Origin: Patescibacteria group bacterium
Lineage (GTDB): Bacteria > Patescibacteriota > Patescibacteriia > Patescibacteriales > GWC2-42-12
NCBI GenBank assembly: GCA_028707005.1
Contig: JAQTVB010000001.1
Span: 755-64,754, forward strand
Reading direction: 5' to 3'
Length of the DNA stretch: 64,000 nt
The notes below the pieces were generated by a model. That model was not told the DNA's origin. It worked only from the letters and a program-made list of their open reading frames with translations, and made no database searches. Both the position numbers and the translations under genes were made by a program. Shown in pieces: positions 45,331-55,200 of this stretch (the first letter of the stretch is position 1; each line of letters begins with the position of its first letter).

Positions 45331-45691
45331 TTATTTTAAAAACCTTTTATAAACCAACAACCCGCCTTGGGCTAAAAGCCAGCCAAGCACGGAAAAAACT
45401 GCATACCACGCATACATGGCCCACATTCCCCAACTGATAATTAACAACGGTGCAGCTATAATCAACCGGCACCACCAATATTTTTTGTCTATGAATATAA
45501 AAGAAAATAATGAAGCAAACAAAGAAATAGATTAAATTGGGCCCTATTATAAATAGATTTGGTGATATAGCTTCAGGTCGCATTGCTACAACATACAAGT
45601 CGCCAAATATTTTTCTCGTAAACCAAGCTATTATGGTTGACGCTATAAAAATTAAAATAATTTTTATAACCATTTGAATGTTTTTACTCAT
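45331..45691 (-). pseudogene. Two overlapping small membrane-protein ORFs in different frames (45347-45691 and 45331-45522) within an AT-rich segment; possible frameshifted small membrane protein
   Basis: Both frames show TM-like stretches; AT-rich composition (about 27% GC). Confidence 0.25.
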
Positions 45692-46007
45692 AAAGTTATT
45701 CTTAATATTTTACTACTTTTAATGAGTAAGCTATATCCGTCTATAGTTATTTTATTCTTTTTCTTTAAATTCTCCAAATGTTTAATAAACGAATTAGGAT
45801 CTCGCTCGATAAATTCTACTCGCTGAGCCGACAGTTTGGCCAACCGGCGCCGAACCATAGTTAACTAGCCCTTGGCTTTGATTTTACCGCCCAAAACAAA
45901 AAACCATGCCGCGGCAAAAATTGGCATGATAAATAAAAACAGAACCCTCCTGCTCATAAAAATTTTAGTTAAGAATTATTTTAATAATTATTAATCAAGC
46001 AAAATAT

Positions 46008-47189
46008 TTACATCATCTTCTTCCGAATGAACGCCGGGATGCCGAGCTCGTCGTCTTCTTCCGCGGCGGCCGCGCCTTTTTTTTGCGCCGGTTCGGCTTG
46101 AGCCTGCTTTAAGGGCGAAATCTTGCTCTTTTTCTTGGTTTGGTCTCTTTTATCTTTTTCCTCTTCCACCGAGGCAATATAAGGATTGGGCGTATAGACT
46201 CTTTCTCCGGCCAAACCTTCGCTTACGCCCACGCGCCGGCCGTCAAAACCGGTCGCTACCACCGTAACTTTTATTTCATCTTTATATTTATCGTCAATCA
46301 CGGCTCCGAAAATGATCTTGGCGTCCTCATCGGCCGAAGAAGTAATCACTTTGGCTGCTTCATTAACTTCATGCATGGTAAGATTCGGCCCGCCCACGAT
46401 CGTAAAGAGCACGCCGCGCGCGCCCTCAACCGACATCTCTAGGAGCGGCGAACTGATTGCGGCCTTGGCCGCTTCAATCGCCTTGTTTTCTCCCGAGGCC
46501 TGGCCGATGCCCATCAAGGCCGAACCGGCGTTAGCCATCACCGCTTTAACATCGGCAAAATCCACGTTGATGAGCGCCGGGATGGTAATAATTTCCGAAA
46601 TGCCTTGCACGCCCTGCCTTAAAACTTCGTCCACGACCATAAACGCGTCCAAGAGCGTGGTTTTCTTATCAATCACTTGCAATAATTTATCGTTGGGAAT
46701 AGTAATAATGGCGTCAACCTTGTCGGCCAGTTCGGCCAGCCCCCGCTCGGCGATATTTTTTCTCTGCGCGCCTTCGAAAGAAAACGGCTTGGTCACTACG
46801 GCAACGGTCAAAGCGCCCAAATCGCGGGCGATCTCTGCCACGATCGGCGAAGCGCCCGTGCCGGTTCCGCCGCCCAAACCGCAAGTAATAAAAACCATAT
46901 CCACATCTTTTAGAACGTCTCTGATTTCATTCTGGCCCTCTTCGGCGGAACGTTTGCCTAATTCCGGATTCATGCCCGCGCCCAAGCCGCGGGTAATGGT
47001 TTTCCCGATATGAATTTTCTTTGAAGCCTTATTCATGTGCAGGGCCTGAACGTCAGTGTTAACCGCGATAAACTCCACGCCCCGGATGCCGCAATCAATC
47101 ATGCGGTTGACCGCACTGCCGCCCGAACCGCCCACGCCGATCACTTTTATTTTCGCAAAGGTTTCCACCGATGGTTTTACTTCTGCCAT
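46008..47189 (-). CDS. ftsZ: Cell division protein FtsZ
   Basis: GVGGSGGSAVNRM, GGGTGTGASPIVAE tubulin signature. Confidence 0.98.
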   Translation of the reverse strand: MAEVKPSVETFAKIKVIGVGGSGGSAVNRMIDCGIRGVEFIAVNTDVQALHMNKASKKIHIGKTITRGLGAGMNPELGKRSAEEGQNEIRDVLKDVDMVFITCGLGGGTGTGASPIVAEIARDLGALTVAVVTKPFSFEGAQRKNIAERGLAELADKVDAIITIPNDKLLQVIDKKTTLLDAFMVVDEVLRQGVQGISEIITIPALINVDFADVKAVMANAGSALMGIGQASGENKAIEAAKAAISSPLLEMSVEGARGVLFTIVGGPNLTMHEVNEAAKVITSSADEDAKIIFGAVIDDKYKDEIKVTVVATGFDGRRVGVSEGLAGERVYTPNPYIASVEEEKDKRDQTKKKSKISPLKQAQAEPAQKKGAAAAEEDDELGIPAFIRKKMM

Positions 47190-47204
47190 ATTTGAGAATT
47201 ACGA

Positions 47205-47228
47205 ATTACCTGCCTGCCAGACAGGCAG
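47205..47228. promoter_or_regulatory. GC palindrome cctgcctgccagacaggcagg about 20 nt upstream of ftsZ start codon
   Basis: Same CCTGCC/GGCAGG arms as sites at 18607 and 22551. Confidence 0.4.
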
Positions 47229-47442
47229 GCGAATTATGAATCTCTAATTTTCTCACCCCATGATTCATTATTCCTGTTTATATCTTAACCTATACTTAAA
47301 AATATAGCAAGTGGTTTGATTCTACCGACTTTTCCACAGGGTGTATAAATCTTTTATACACCTGGCTTTTGCCCCCTTGATAAAGGGGGTTAGGGGGATT
47401 TTATTTTGTCATTTCCGCGCAGGCGGGAATCCAAAATTTATT

Positions 47443-48141
47443 TTACTTCTGCCCTTTTATTTTTTCCAATCTCTCGACAATATTCTTTAAGTCATTAACA
47501 TCTTGATTACTATATTTTCCTTTATTATATTTAAATTTATTGAGGATAGCTTCTACCTTATCAAAAATATTATTTAAAATAGTAGAATCCAGATTACATT
47601 TATTGTCAGTATAAAGGTAACTCATGGCTTTCCTAAACCTATCTAAGAGCTCGCCCATTTCCTCGTTTTGTTTAAACTTAGAATAGTCGTGATATTGATC
47701 ATTAACCAGGCTTAGTATATAACTGTATCGATATCTGTCACGCTCATATTCATCCTCTAACATACTCCATCTTTTTGGATGTCTTAATTTTCTTAATACT
47801 CTAGCTTCGATCTCTAATATACGTCCCTTGTTGGTCCCGATATCTTTTGCAATTTCTTCAGGTGTTTCTCCTAAGAAGAATCTTCGCCTTATTACCTCTT
47901 TTTCTTTTTCGCTTGATAAAGTTTCAATCATTATTTCCAGTTCTTCGCGTAGTAACGAATCTTCCGAAACATCTCTCCTGTCTAATTTGGCCCGCCGTTG
48001 CATTTCTCTAAATGCTTCTTTTTCTTTTTCCGACACCCTGTCCTCTCTTTTTATTGGTTCGATCTCTTCGCCTTCAACCGCTATCTCTCCTTCACTGCCC
48101 AACACTTCTTCCTCCTTTGGCATAGTTTCAAACTTCGGCAT
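47443..48141 (-). CDS. Hypothetical protein with sigma-70 region-4-like HTH (RRFFLGETPEEIAKDIGTNKGRILEIEARVLRKLRHP), acidic N-terminus, ~100-aa C-terminal domain; located between ftsA and ftsZ
   Basis: Region 4.2-like motif recognised by eye; no regions 2 or 3. Confidence 0.6.
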   Translation of the reverse strand: MPKFETMPKEEEVLGSEGEIAVEGEEIEPIKREDRVSEKEKEAFREMQRRAKLDRRDVSEDSLLREELEIMIETLSSEKEKEVIRRRFFLGETPEEIAKDIGTNKGRILEIEARVLRKLRHPKRWSMLEDEYERDRYRYSYILSLVNDQYHDYSKFKQNEEMGELLDRFRKAMSYLYTDNKCNLDSTILNNIFDKVEAILNKFKYNKGKYSNQDVNDLKNIVERLEKIKGQK

Positions 48142-48267
48142 AACATTATTTTTAAACCTCCTCTTAATCCCCTCTTTCGTAAGGAGGGGGCCTTAAATCC
48201 CCGCTCGGCTAACGCCTCGCCGCCCCTTTATTAAAGGGGCCTTAAATCATGATTCATGATTCATTCT

Positions 48268-49533
48268 TCACGGTATCAGCGAACTAAACCACTTCTTAAC
48301 TTTTTCCACAGTCTGGCCTACCGCGCCGCCGAGCCGCCAATTAATCTTTGAACCTGATTTATGCCCGGACAATTGATTGCCCCAGGCTAGAAGCCCCAAG
48401 GCGGTCAAATAATCTATGTCATTCACTTTATCAATGGCCGAAGAGACATTATTGTTAGCGCCTAAACAAGCGGGCAGGCGCAAACGATTTTTCGCGGTTT
48501 CCACAATATCATTAAGCTTAGCGCCGCCGCCGATTAAAAATACTCCGGCCGGGAGCATACCCGAGCGGTCTATCTTTTTCAATTCATCGTCAATTTTATC
48601 AAAAATTTCTTCCACCCGCGCCTCAATGATTTCCGCCACGTATTTTTTGGAAATTATCATTTTTTCGTCAGCCATGTTTTCTTCTCTGGCCAGATCGGAA
48701 ATATCCACCTCGTCCTTCTTGGTAAATTTATCTCCCCGGGAAGATCCGTATTCCAGCTTGATCCGCTCCGCCAAATTAATCGGGCATCTTAAGCCGATCG
48801 CCACATCGGAAGTAATGTGCTCGGAGCCGATAGGAATGACCGCGGCATGGAGCAATTCGCCTTCTTCAAAAACGGCCAAGCTGGTAGTGGCGGCGCCGAT
48901 ATTGATTAAAGCCGCGCCCAATTCTTTCTGCTTCGGGGAAATTACCACTTCAGCGGCGGCCAAAGGCGATAAAACCAAATCATTGATTTCCAGGCCGGTG
49001 CGATAAATCGCCTTGGTCAAATTCTTTATCTGGCTGGAAAATCCCTGAATAATCAAAGTTTCAACTTCCAGCCTTACGCCGGTCATGCCGATCGGGTCTT
49101 TGATATCCGCCTGGTTATCCACGTTAAACTTAACCGGAATGACATGGAGAATTTCGTAATTTGGCGGCACGGATAAAGCCTGCGCCGCTTCCACGGCGCG
49201 GTTGACATCGTCTTCGGTAATTTCATTATCGCTCCGGCCGACTGCTACCACGCCATGGCTTTTTTCGCACTTCAAATTCGGGCCGTTGATGCCGACCCAG
49301 ACATTATTCAAAGGCACGCCGATCAGTCTTTCGGCTTTTTCCAGGCAGGCGGAAATGGCCGAGGTGGCGTCTTCAATGCTATTGACCGAACCGCGGTTAA
49401 TCCCTTCGGCCGGGGCGGTAACCGCGCCTAAAATATGCAATTGTTCACCGGTTTCACCGGCCGCTCTTTGGCCGACTGCCAGTCTGATGGCTGTTGAGCC
49501 GATGTCTAAACCGGCGATGATGTTATCTTTCAT
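48268..49533 (-). CDS. ftsA: Cell division protein FtsA
   Basis: GLDIGSTAIRLAV actin-fold phosphate-1 motif; 421 aa. Confidence 0.95.
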   Translation of the reverse strand: MKDNIIAGLDIGSTAIRLAVGQRAAGETGEQLHILGAVTAPAEGINRGSVNSIEDATSAISACLEKAERLIGVPLNNVWVGINGPNLKCEKSHGVVAVGRSDNEITEDDVNRAVEAAQALSVPPNYEILHVIPVKFNVDNQADIKDPIGMTGVRLEVETLIIQGFSSQIKNLTKAIYRTGLEINDLVLSPLAAAEVVISPKQKELGAALINIGAATTSLAVFEEGELLHAAVIPIGSEHITSDVAIGLRCPINLAERIKLEYGSSRGDKFTKKDEVDISDLAREENMADEKMIISKKYVAEIIEARVEEIFDKIDDELKKIDRSGMLPAGVFLIGGGAKLNDIVETAKNRLRLPACLGANNNVSSAIDKVNDIDYLTALGLLAWGNQLSGHKSGSKINWRLGGAVGQTVEKVKKWFSSLIP

Positions 49534-49649
49534 AAGTAATGCAAATTACGAATTTTTTACAAATTTACAAATATTTTTGTCATCTTATTTACTTTATTTG
49601 TAAATTTGTGACAGATTTGTAATTCGTATTGTTATTATACTAAAATTAT

Positions 49650-50039
49650 TTAAAACTGTCCAAATAATTTATACGCCTGCGGCCAAAAAATGATCAGGCC
49701 GATGATTAGCGCGCCCAGCGATGATAGTAAAACCGCGGCCGCCATAATATCTTTAATCTCTTTTACGTAAGTATTGATCCTCGGTTTTAAGACGTCGGTA
49801 ATCCTTTCCACCGCGCTGTTGGCGGTTTCCGCGACCAGCACCAGCGCGATTGCCAGAACGAGCAAAGCCCAGCTCACCGGGTCAATCTTAAAATAAATCC
49901 CGAAAATTACGACCACCAGGCTTAGGCTCGCCTGGATTTTTAAATTTTGCTCTTCATGAAAAATTTTTAACAAGCCCTTAAAAGCATAGCTAAAACTTCT
50001 CACCAGCCTGCCAATTCTTATCATAAATTTATTCAACAA
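49650..50039 (-). CDS. dgkA: Diacylglycerol kinase / undecaprenol kinase family (DgkA)
   Basis: 3 TM, ETANSAVERI motif; 129 aa. Confidence 0.75.
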   Translation of the reverse strand: MLNKFMIRIGRLVRSFSYAFKGLLKIFHEEQNLKIQASLSLVVVIFGIYFKIDPVSWALLVLAIALVLVAETANSAVERITDVLKPRINTYVKEIKDIMAAAVLLSSLGALIIGLIIFWPQAYKLFGQF

Positions 50040-50042
50040 TTT

Positions 50043-50474
50043 TTAATTACAAAATTTTAAATTCTCCATAAACTGCTCCCCCATCTCCATCATCTTCTGT
50101 CTGTCTTTTTCCGTTTCATCGTCATATCCCAGCAAATGCAGCAGCCCATGGACCAGGATAAAAATCAACTCCTCGCGAGCAGAATTGCCGAATTGACCGG
50201 CTTGCCTTTTTATCTGGTCGTAGTCGATTATCAGCTCGCCCCAAAGCTCGCCTTCTCCGGCAAAAGACAGGATGTCGGTCGGTTCGCTTTTATCGCGATA
50301 TATCCGGTTCAACTTTTTAATTTCCGCGTCGCTTACAAAAGCAATGGACAGTTCTTCGCCTTTAACTTGATATTCCGCAACAAATTTATTTACCAGCCCT
50401 TTAATAAAGCTTGAATTAATCTTTTTCTTGGTCCGATTGTTAATCTCAATTCTCATGTATTTCCCGTTATTCAT
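50043..50474 (-). CDS. ybeY: Endoribonuclease YbeY
   Basis: HGLLHLLGYDDE H3xH5xH metal site. Confidence 0.9.
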   Translation of the reverse strand: MNNGKYMRIEINNRTKKKINSSFIKGLVNKFVAEYQVKGEELSIAFVSDAEIKKLNRIYRDKSEPTDILSFAGEGELWGELIIDYDQIKRQAGQFGNSAREELIFILVHGLLHLLGYDDETEKDRQKMMEMGEQFMENLKFCN

Positions 50475-50480
50475 TATTCA

Positions 50481-51509
50481 TTACTGTTTTAAGGTAAAAG
50501 ACTTAACCATCATGTTGAAAATATCAATGTAATCAAGGATATTGTTCTCGCCGGGATTATAGGTAATGGTAAAAATATAATTTTGCCCCGCATCCATTAA
50601 GTAAGCGGTCAAGCCGTCTAAATTTTTTATCCCCTGCCAGCCCGCTCCGGCCAAGCGGTCGGCGTCATTAATGACGCTAACCCCCAGTTGGTCCAAATAC
50701 CACTGGTCAAGCGTTGCTTTAGCCTCATTAGCTTGGACAATAATCCCGAAAAATTGGTTGTCATCGGTTTTAAACATTATTGAATCGTCCCCACCGCTCA
50801 AACTCATCTGCCAGGCGCTGGGATACAACACGATATATTTATAGGTATTGTTTTCATAAAGCGAAATCGCGGGATTATCAATTAATTTGCCCGAGCCGGC
50901 CGGATTATATAAATTCATCACTTCGTCTCCGTCTAAATAACTGTCACCATCCGTATCCGGAGAAGAAGTGGCCGTGCCCAATAAAAATTCTTCCGCGTTA
51001 GCCAGGCCGTCCGCGTCGCTATCAAGCGCAGGGATCAAGCCAATTGACGTTTCCGGCTCAACCGTTTCCAGAGTGCTCGTGGCCGTCGTTGATGTAGCCG
51101 CTGTTTCTTCTGTCGATAAGGCGGCTGTTTCGGTTGAGGTGGTTGCCAGGTCGGTTTGATTTTGTTCCGCTTCAGCCGCGTTTTCAGCCGGCGGGTTGGT
51201 TTCAACCGCCGTAAGCTCCGTCTTAACGGTAACGGCCGGCTCTTTTAATAAATAGAAATACAAACCAGCCGAAACCGCGGCCAAAAATAACACGCCGCCG
51301 CCGACAATCATCAAACCGGCGGTTTTGGCGCTGTCGGCTTTTATCGGTTTATGGCGAAAACGCTCCGGCATGGTATGAATGGCAATATTGTCTATCTGAA
51401 TCTGTTTTTCTTTCACCGGCTCGGCCGCGGCCAATTCCTCGCCAGCCGGCTGTTCCGCCGGCTTTTTCTTAAAAAAACTTAAGGGGTTAAACATAATATT
51501 GATTTTCAA
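50481..51509 (-). CDS. Membrane-anchored protein with TSP3-like Ca-binding repeats (DSDADGLANAEE...DTDGDSYLDGDEV) and C-terminal beta domain
   Basis: TM near N-terminus; DxDxDG repeats. Confidence 0.55.
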   Translation of the reverse strand: MKINIMFNPLSFFKKKPAEQPAGEELAAAEPVKEKQIQIDNIAIHTMPERFRHKPIKADSAKTAGLMIVGGGVLFLAAVSAGLYFYLLKEPAVTVKTELTAVETNPPAENAAEAEQNQTDLATTSTETAALSTEETAATSTTATSTLETVEPETSIGLIPALDSDADGLANAEEFLLGTATSSPDTDGDSYLDGDEVMNLYNPAGSGKLIDNPAISLYENNTYKYIVLYPSAWQMSLSGGDDSIMFKTDDNQFFGIIVQANEAKATLDQWYLDQLGVSVINDADRLAGAGWQGIKNLDGLTAYLMDAGQNYIFTITYNPGENNILDYIDIFNMMVKSFTLKQ

Positions 51510-51520
51510 ATTCCATAGTA

Positions 51521-52231
51521 TTATTTAATTTCCAATAATTTTCCCGCCCCCTTGGGATTATAGCCGTTTTTGACTTCGTCGCCATCCTTATAGCCGTCGC
51601 CGTCAGTATCGGGGATTAGAGGATCGGTATTGTAAACTTTGGTTTCTTCCCGATCGGTTAAACCATCCTGGTCAGTATCCGCATCGGTAACGCTGGTGCC
51701 ATAAGCGGCTTCTTCTTCATCGGTTAAGCCGTCGCCGTCAGTATCCTGGGGTTCGGTTATAACCTGCTCCACCGGTTCAATCGGGGCCGTATTCGCCTCC
51801 TCGGCTGACGGCGAAGTTGCCTGGTTGGTTTCACCGCCGCTTGTCTGTTCTTCCACTATCGTGCTATCAGCCGCCTGCTTGCCGCCGAACGCCAGCTTCA
51901 AGCCGAAATAGCCTCCGGCAATGACCACGACCACGCCGCCAAACAATAAGCCAAACACCAGCATTTTATTGCTTCTCCAGCCCACGGCCGGCGGCACTAC
52001 GGTGCCGCGCGGCGGCTCGCCGGCTGGCCGAGAGCGGAAAACTTCTGGTTTGGCGGTTTTATCCATTTCGGCAAAAATGTCTTCAGCTTTGACCGGCCCG
52101 GCTCCGGCGCCGTTCTTAACTCCAGCCGCGTTTTCCGGGACTGGCCTTACGGGCGCCTGGCTCAACGGCCTGGCGCCAGACTGCGGCATCGCTTGATTGC
52201 GCTCATCCACTTTGTCTAATTCGTCAAACAT
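51521..52231 (-). CDS. Membrane-anchored protein with three TSP3-like DTDGDG repeats
   Basis: TM plus DTDGDGLTDEEE / DTDQDGLTDREE / DTDGDGYKDGDE. Confidence 0.55.
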   Translation of the reverse strand: MFDELDKVDERNQAMPQSGARPLSQAPVRPVPENAAGVKNGAGAGPVKAEDIFAEMDKTAKPEVFRSRPAGEPPRGTVVPPAVGWRSNKMLVFGLLFGGVVVVIAGGYFGLKLAFGGKQAADSTIVEEQTSGGETNQATSPSAEEANTAPIEPVEQVITEPQDTDGDGLTDEEEAAYGTSVTDADTDQDGLTDREETKVYNTDPLIPDTDGDGYKDGDEVKNGYNPKGAGKLLEIK

Positions 52232-52251
52232 AAATTTATTTTATGAATAAT

Positions 52252-55200
52252 TTATCTTTCATCAGGCATCGCTTGATTTGCGTTCAGGCTATCGGCCGTT
52301 GCCGCTGTTCCTTGTATGCGGCCGCTTTCATTGCCTTGAGCGTCCAAAGCGGAAACCGCAAAATAATAGGTAGTGCCTGAAGCCAAACCGGTGATAGCGG
52401 TGCTGCAAAGAGCGTTAGAACATTTACTCTTATCCACCTTAACCGACGCGCCGGGAATGACCGCTCCACTGCCGTCGCGGCTGGCGCCATAATATACTTT
52501 ATAGCTTACCGTATCGTCAATGTTGGGCGCCCAGGCAACCGTTGTCTGGTTTGAGCCGACCGTAACCGACAAATCTCGCGGCGTGGCCGGAGCCAAAGTA
52601 TCGGCCGGCGTGGTGCTGGCCTCATTGGAGTAACCGCTTTCTATGGCCTTGTTATTATACGCGGTAACGGCAAAGTAATAAACTTGTCCATTAACCAGGC
52701 CGGTCACTGTATAATTAGTCGCCGCGCTCTTAATATCAATGTTTTTATTATATTGGCCGCTGGCCGTGCCATAATATAATTTATAGCCGGCAGCCGATCT
52801 GGCCGGATTCCATGAAGCGCTTACTTTCCCGCCCGCCCGCAAGGCATTGACGCTTAATCCGCTGGCTACGTCCGGCGCAACACCTCTAAAAAAATATAAT
52901 TCTTTTACAATATCATCCGCCGCTGAAGCGCCGCGAATGATTGCGCTTTCCGACAGCGCCGGCAAATCATCGGCTGTGCCGGCTTCACCGGCATCGCGGC
53001 AGTAATGCAATGAAAAATTGGTGTTATAGCAATCGCCTCCGCCGGCGGCGCAATTTCCGGCCAGGTCTGTCCATGGCGCCCAAGTGCCGTCAGCCTTAAC
53101 CACCGGCCAGGGGTTATCGCACAAAAATACGTAAATTTCCGCCTGGCCTTCTTTAACCGCGCCTTTGGTTCCCATCACCGAGTCTTCGGCGATGGTCGCT
53201 TTGGCGTCAAGCAACGTGCTGGCATCTTTAATATTCTGCGCCACAATCACCACGTTATCGGTTGCGTTTTCTCCGGCTTTAAACTTAACCACCGTTTGAT
53301 CCTCGATCGCCCAGCTCCACTCCCAGCTATACAAACCCGCGATCGAACTAAGCGCCTGCCCGTCCGCGGAGTAGCCGGTCGCCCGAAAAATTTTATCGCT
53401 ATCCTGGACGGTATCGTAATCCGCGTTCTGGCTGTTATCATCTTTAGTATCATTAACGCTGGTCTTGAATAAATAGCTCGCCGGATTAACCGCTACCGAA
53501 GCCAAGCGGCAAATCCCGCTGTCAACGTCAGAACTCTCTTTAGTGGTGAAATACCAAATTTTCGCGTTTTTAAAGTTTTGACCGTTGAAAACCGCCGGAT
53601 TTTCATAGGCGTCGCCGCCCAGAGGCGCGCCAACGCTATTCATACCCACGCCGCTCGCGGCCAGCACGCCTTCTTTGATCGCGTCGGACGTGTCCGCGTC
53701 TCCCTTAATGATCACATAATATCTTCTGCCGGCATCCAGCATTTTTCTCAATTTATATTCTACCACGGTTTTATTGGCAATATTATAGCCATCAACCGCT
53801 CCCGGAACAACGCAATAATTTCCATTTAAAGCCAAAGCTTCTTGAGCAAAAAGTTTATTTACTAAAGGCGCCTTAGCCAGCCAGGCTTTAATCCTGCCCG
53901 CCAAACTGGGCCGATACGCGGCGGTTAAATAGGTGGTGCCGGACGGGCAGGGGTCGGCGCCGTAAGATCCGGCCACCATAATATTATTCGCGAAAGAATC
54001 CGGCCGCATATACTGGTTAAAAGTGGCTTGAATCAGAGCGTTGCGGCAGATGCCGGGCCCCATGGGCTTGGCGCTCTCCACGCTCGGCCGGGCATGGCAG
54101 CAGGCATCGGCGCCGCAGCCGGTCGTGGCCGCGCTGCCGCAGTCGCCATCCTTCGTACAGCCGCAACACAGTCCGCGCTTATCGCCGGAGCAGGGTGATT
54201 GGTTGGCTTTACAGGTTAACAACGTATTGATGGCCGTACATTTATCCGGATTAGCCGCCGGATCGCAGCAGCAAGTGCCGCAGTCATTAGGCGGATTCTG
54301 CGGCCCCGTGCCATCCTCATTCAAGCAGTTAAAGCCGGTGCAGATATCAGTATCGCATCGTGGTTGGGTCGTAGAATAATTAAAGCAGGTTTGGCCAAAG
54401 GCCGGCGGCAAAGTACAGCTGGCGCTGCAGCCGGCCGCAGTCCGATAGCTGGGCAAAGTCGTTTTGTAAATCGCCGAACCGCAAGTAGCGGTGCTGTTAT
54501 CGCAAGGATAATATGAACAATAAGCGTTAGTGTCGCCGCTTACGCCGGAGGAAACCGTTTCCGTGCCGCCGCGGCAAGCATTGCCGCCCATGGCGTCAAC
54601 GCAGCAGGTGCCGACGCCAAGCTTGGTGCAGTTGCCGCTGCCGCTAAGCCCCGAGCAGTCCTGGCAAATGCCGTCACCGCCCGCGCCGGCAGTATCGCAG
54701 AATTTACCGCTGGCGTTTTTGCAATTGCAAGCGCGGTTGCTGGCCGCTTGATTAACTGTGCCGCCAATTTTTACCGTACAGCCGGTGCAATAACCCAAAG
54801 TATTGGTATCGGCATTTCTGTCGCTGCCGCAATTGCCTTGGCATTTTAAAGGATAACAGCAGTCTTGCGCCGAATAGTCGAGGCGGCAGCAGCATTCGCA
54901 AGCTCCGGCGCTGGCTTTCTGGCATTTGCCGCTTACACAGCTGGCGCCGCTCGCGCAGACATTTTTGTCAATCAGGCATTGTTTAGCCTGACAAATTGAG
55001 CCGCTGGGGCATACGTTCAGTTCGCAGACAGAGGCATCGCCCGCCTGACCGCCGGCTCTGATGATGCTGCACCAGCCATTAGCGTCTAAAAAAGTTCCGC
55101 CCGGACAAGGGTTGCCGCCGGAATTAATCTGCAAAATTTTCGTGCTATAACCGCTTACGGTCCGGCATTGCTGTTCGGCAAAGACGATGTCGTCAAATTG

